DNA from: a virus
Lineage: Duplodnaviria > Heunggongvirae > Uroviricota > Caudoviricetes
Length of the DNA: 25,462 nucleotides
Direction: 5' to 3' (one strand)
IMG/VR virus record: IMGVR_UViG_2698536672_000007
In this document: one piece after another, positions 24,410 to 25,462 of the stretch
Position numbering within the stretch: position 1 is the stretch's first letter
Layout: each line of letters begins with the position of its first letter
Translations under genes and position numbers: made by a program
Notes under the pieces: generated by a model
The model's input: only the letters and a program-made list of their open reading frames with translations
Databases searched by the model: none
What the model was told of the DNA's origin: nothing

Positions 24410-25462
24410 ATGGCAGTACGAAAACTCACCACTGGGAAATGGCTTTGCGAATGTTACCCCGCCGGACGAAGTGGGCGTCGTGTGCGTAAACAATTCGTCA
24501 CCAAAGGCGAAGCACTGGCTTTTGAGCGCCACACGATGGAAGAAACCGAAGCAAAGCCCTGGCTGGGTGAATCAGTGGATCGTCGAACACTGAAAGACGT
24601 GGTTGAGCTATGGTTCAAACTACATGGTAAATCTCTGACAGCTGGGCAGCATGTCTATGACAAATTGCTGTTGATGGTTGACGCTCTGGGCAATCCTCTT
24701 GCAACCGATCTCACCTCTAAAATGTTTGCCCACTATCGAGATAAACGCCTGACAGGCGAGATCTACTTCAGCGAGAAATGGAAGAAAGGAGCAAGCCCGG
24801 TCACCATTAACCTGGAGCAAAGCTATCTAAGTAGTGTTTTTAGCGAACTATCCCGTCTGGGCGAATGGTCGTATCCGAACCCACTGGAGAACATGCGAAA
24901 ATTCACCATCGCAGAAAAAGAGATGGCATGGCTTACCCATGAGCAGATTGTTGAATTGCTGGCTGATTGCAAACGTCAGGACCCAATTCTGGCACTGGTA
25001 GTTAAGATATGCTTAAGCACAGGCGCACGCTGGCGTGAAGCCGTAAATCTTACCCGCTCACAGGTGACCAAATACCGAATTACCTTTGTCAGAACGAAGG
25101 GGAAGAAAAACAGAAGCATCCCTATCAGTAAAGAGCTTTACGAAGAGATCATGGCGCTTGATGGGTTCAATTTCTTCACAGACTGCTATTTTCAATTTTT
25201 ATCCGTGATGGAAAAAACGTCTATCGTGCTCCCTCGCGGTCAACTCACACACGTTCTGCGCCATACGTTTGCGGCGCACTTCATGATGTCGGGTGGAAAC
25301 ATTCTGGCCTTACAAAAAATTCTCGGACACCACGATATAAAAATGACTATGCGTTACGCACATCTGGCACCGGATCATCTGGAAACGGCGCTCCGTTTCA
25401 ATCCTCTGGCAACGCTGCCAAGTGGCGACAAAGTGGCGGCAGCGGTTGGCATTACCCCGTAA
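24410..25462 (+). CDS. int: Tyrosine integrase (P2/186 family)
   Basis: ORF-track start 24254 is likely over-extended; ATG at 24410 (MAVRKLTTGKWLCECYPAG...) gives 350 aa. Catalytic region HVLRHTFAAH ... HHDIKMTMRYAHL with the tyrosine nucleophile. Stop coincides with the window end. Confidence 0.85.
   Translation: MAVRKLTTGKWLCECYPAGRSGRRVRKQFVTKGEALAFERHTMEETEAKPWLGESVDRRTLKDVVELWFKLHGKSLTAGQHVYDKLLLMVDALGNPLATDLTSKMFAHYRDKRLTGEIYFSEKWKKGASPVTINLEQSYLSSVFSELSRLGEWSYPNPLENMRKFTIAEKEMAWLTHEQIVELLADCKRQDPILALVVKICLSTGARWREAVNLTRSQVTKYRITFVRTKGKKNRSIPISKELYEEIMALDGFNFFTDCYFQFLSVMEKTSIVLPRGQLTHVLRHTFAAHFMMSGGNILALQKILGHHDIKMTMRYAHLAPDHLETALRFNPLATLPSGDKVAAAVGITP

Noticed and set aside
1-25462. 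CRISPR arrays, tRNA or rRNA genes
   Set aside because: I saw no regularly spaced direct repeats with unique spacers, no cloverleaf-like tRNA candidates in intergenic regions, and no rRNA-like sequence; P2-family phages are not expected to carry them.

Overview
The window is most of a P2/186-family temperate prophage, probably in an Escherichia-like host, running from the 5' part of tail fibre gene H (window start) to the integrase stop codon (window end). The structural and lysis genes H-I-J-W-V-S-R-lysCBA-K-Y-X-L-M-N-O lie on the minus strand, terminase P and portal Q on the plus strand, and a 186-type early/immunity region (A, dam, cII, apl, cI, int) follows. The accessory slot between portal gene Q and replication gene A holds three things. 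First, an IS186 copy (12342..13680) flanked by a 10-bp target duplication. Second, a low-GC two-gene operon (13699..16966, minus strand) encoding a classic AAA+ ATPase with a C-terminal HTH, translationally coupled to a 730-aa subtilisin-like (S8) serine protease. This is the best candidate for an anti-phage defence system; the gene pair resembles the ATPase plus subtilase architecture I recall for IetAS, but homology cannot be confirmed without a search. Third, a putative cos site followed by a LexA-box-controlled pair of small genes (one DinI-like), suggesting 186-style SOS induction. Many ORF-track starts are GTG/TTG; I re-derived starts by hand where an in-frame ATG with a Shine-Dalgarno was evident. 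All product calls rest on recalled motifs and family knowledge, not on database searches.
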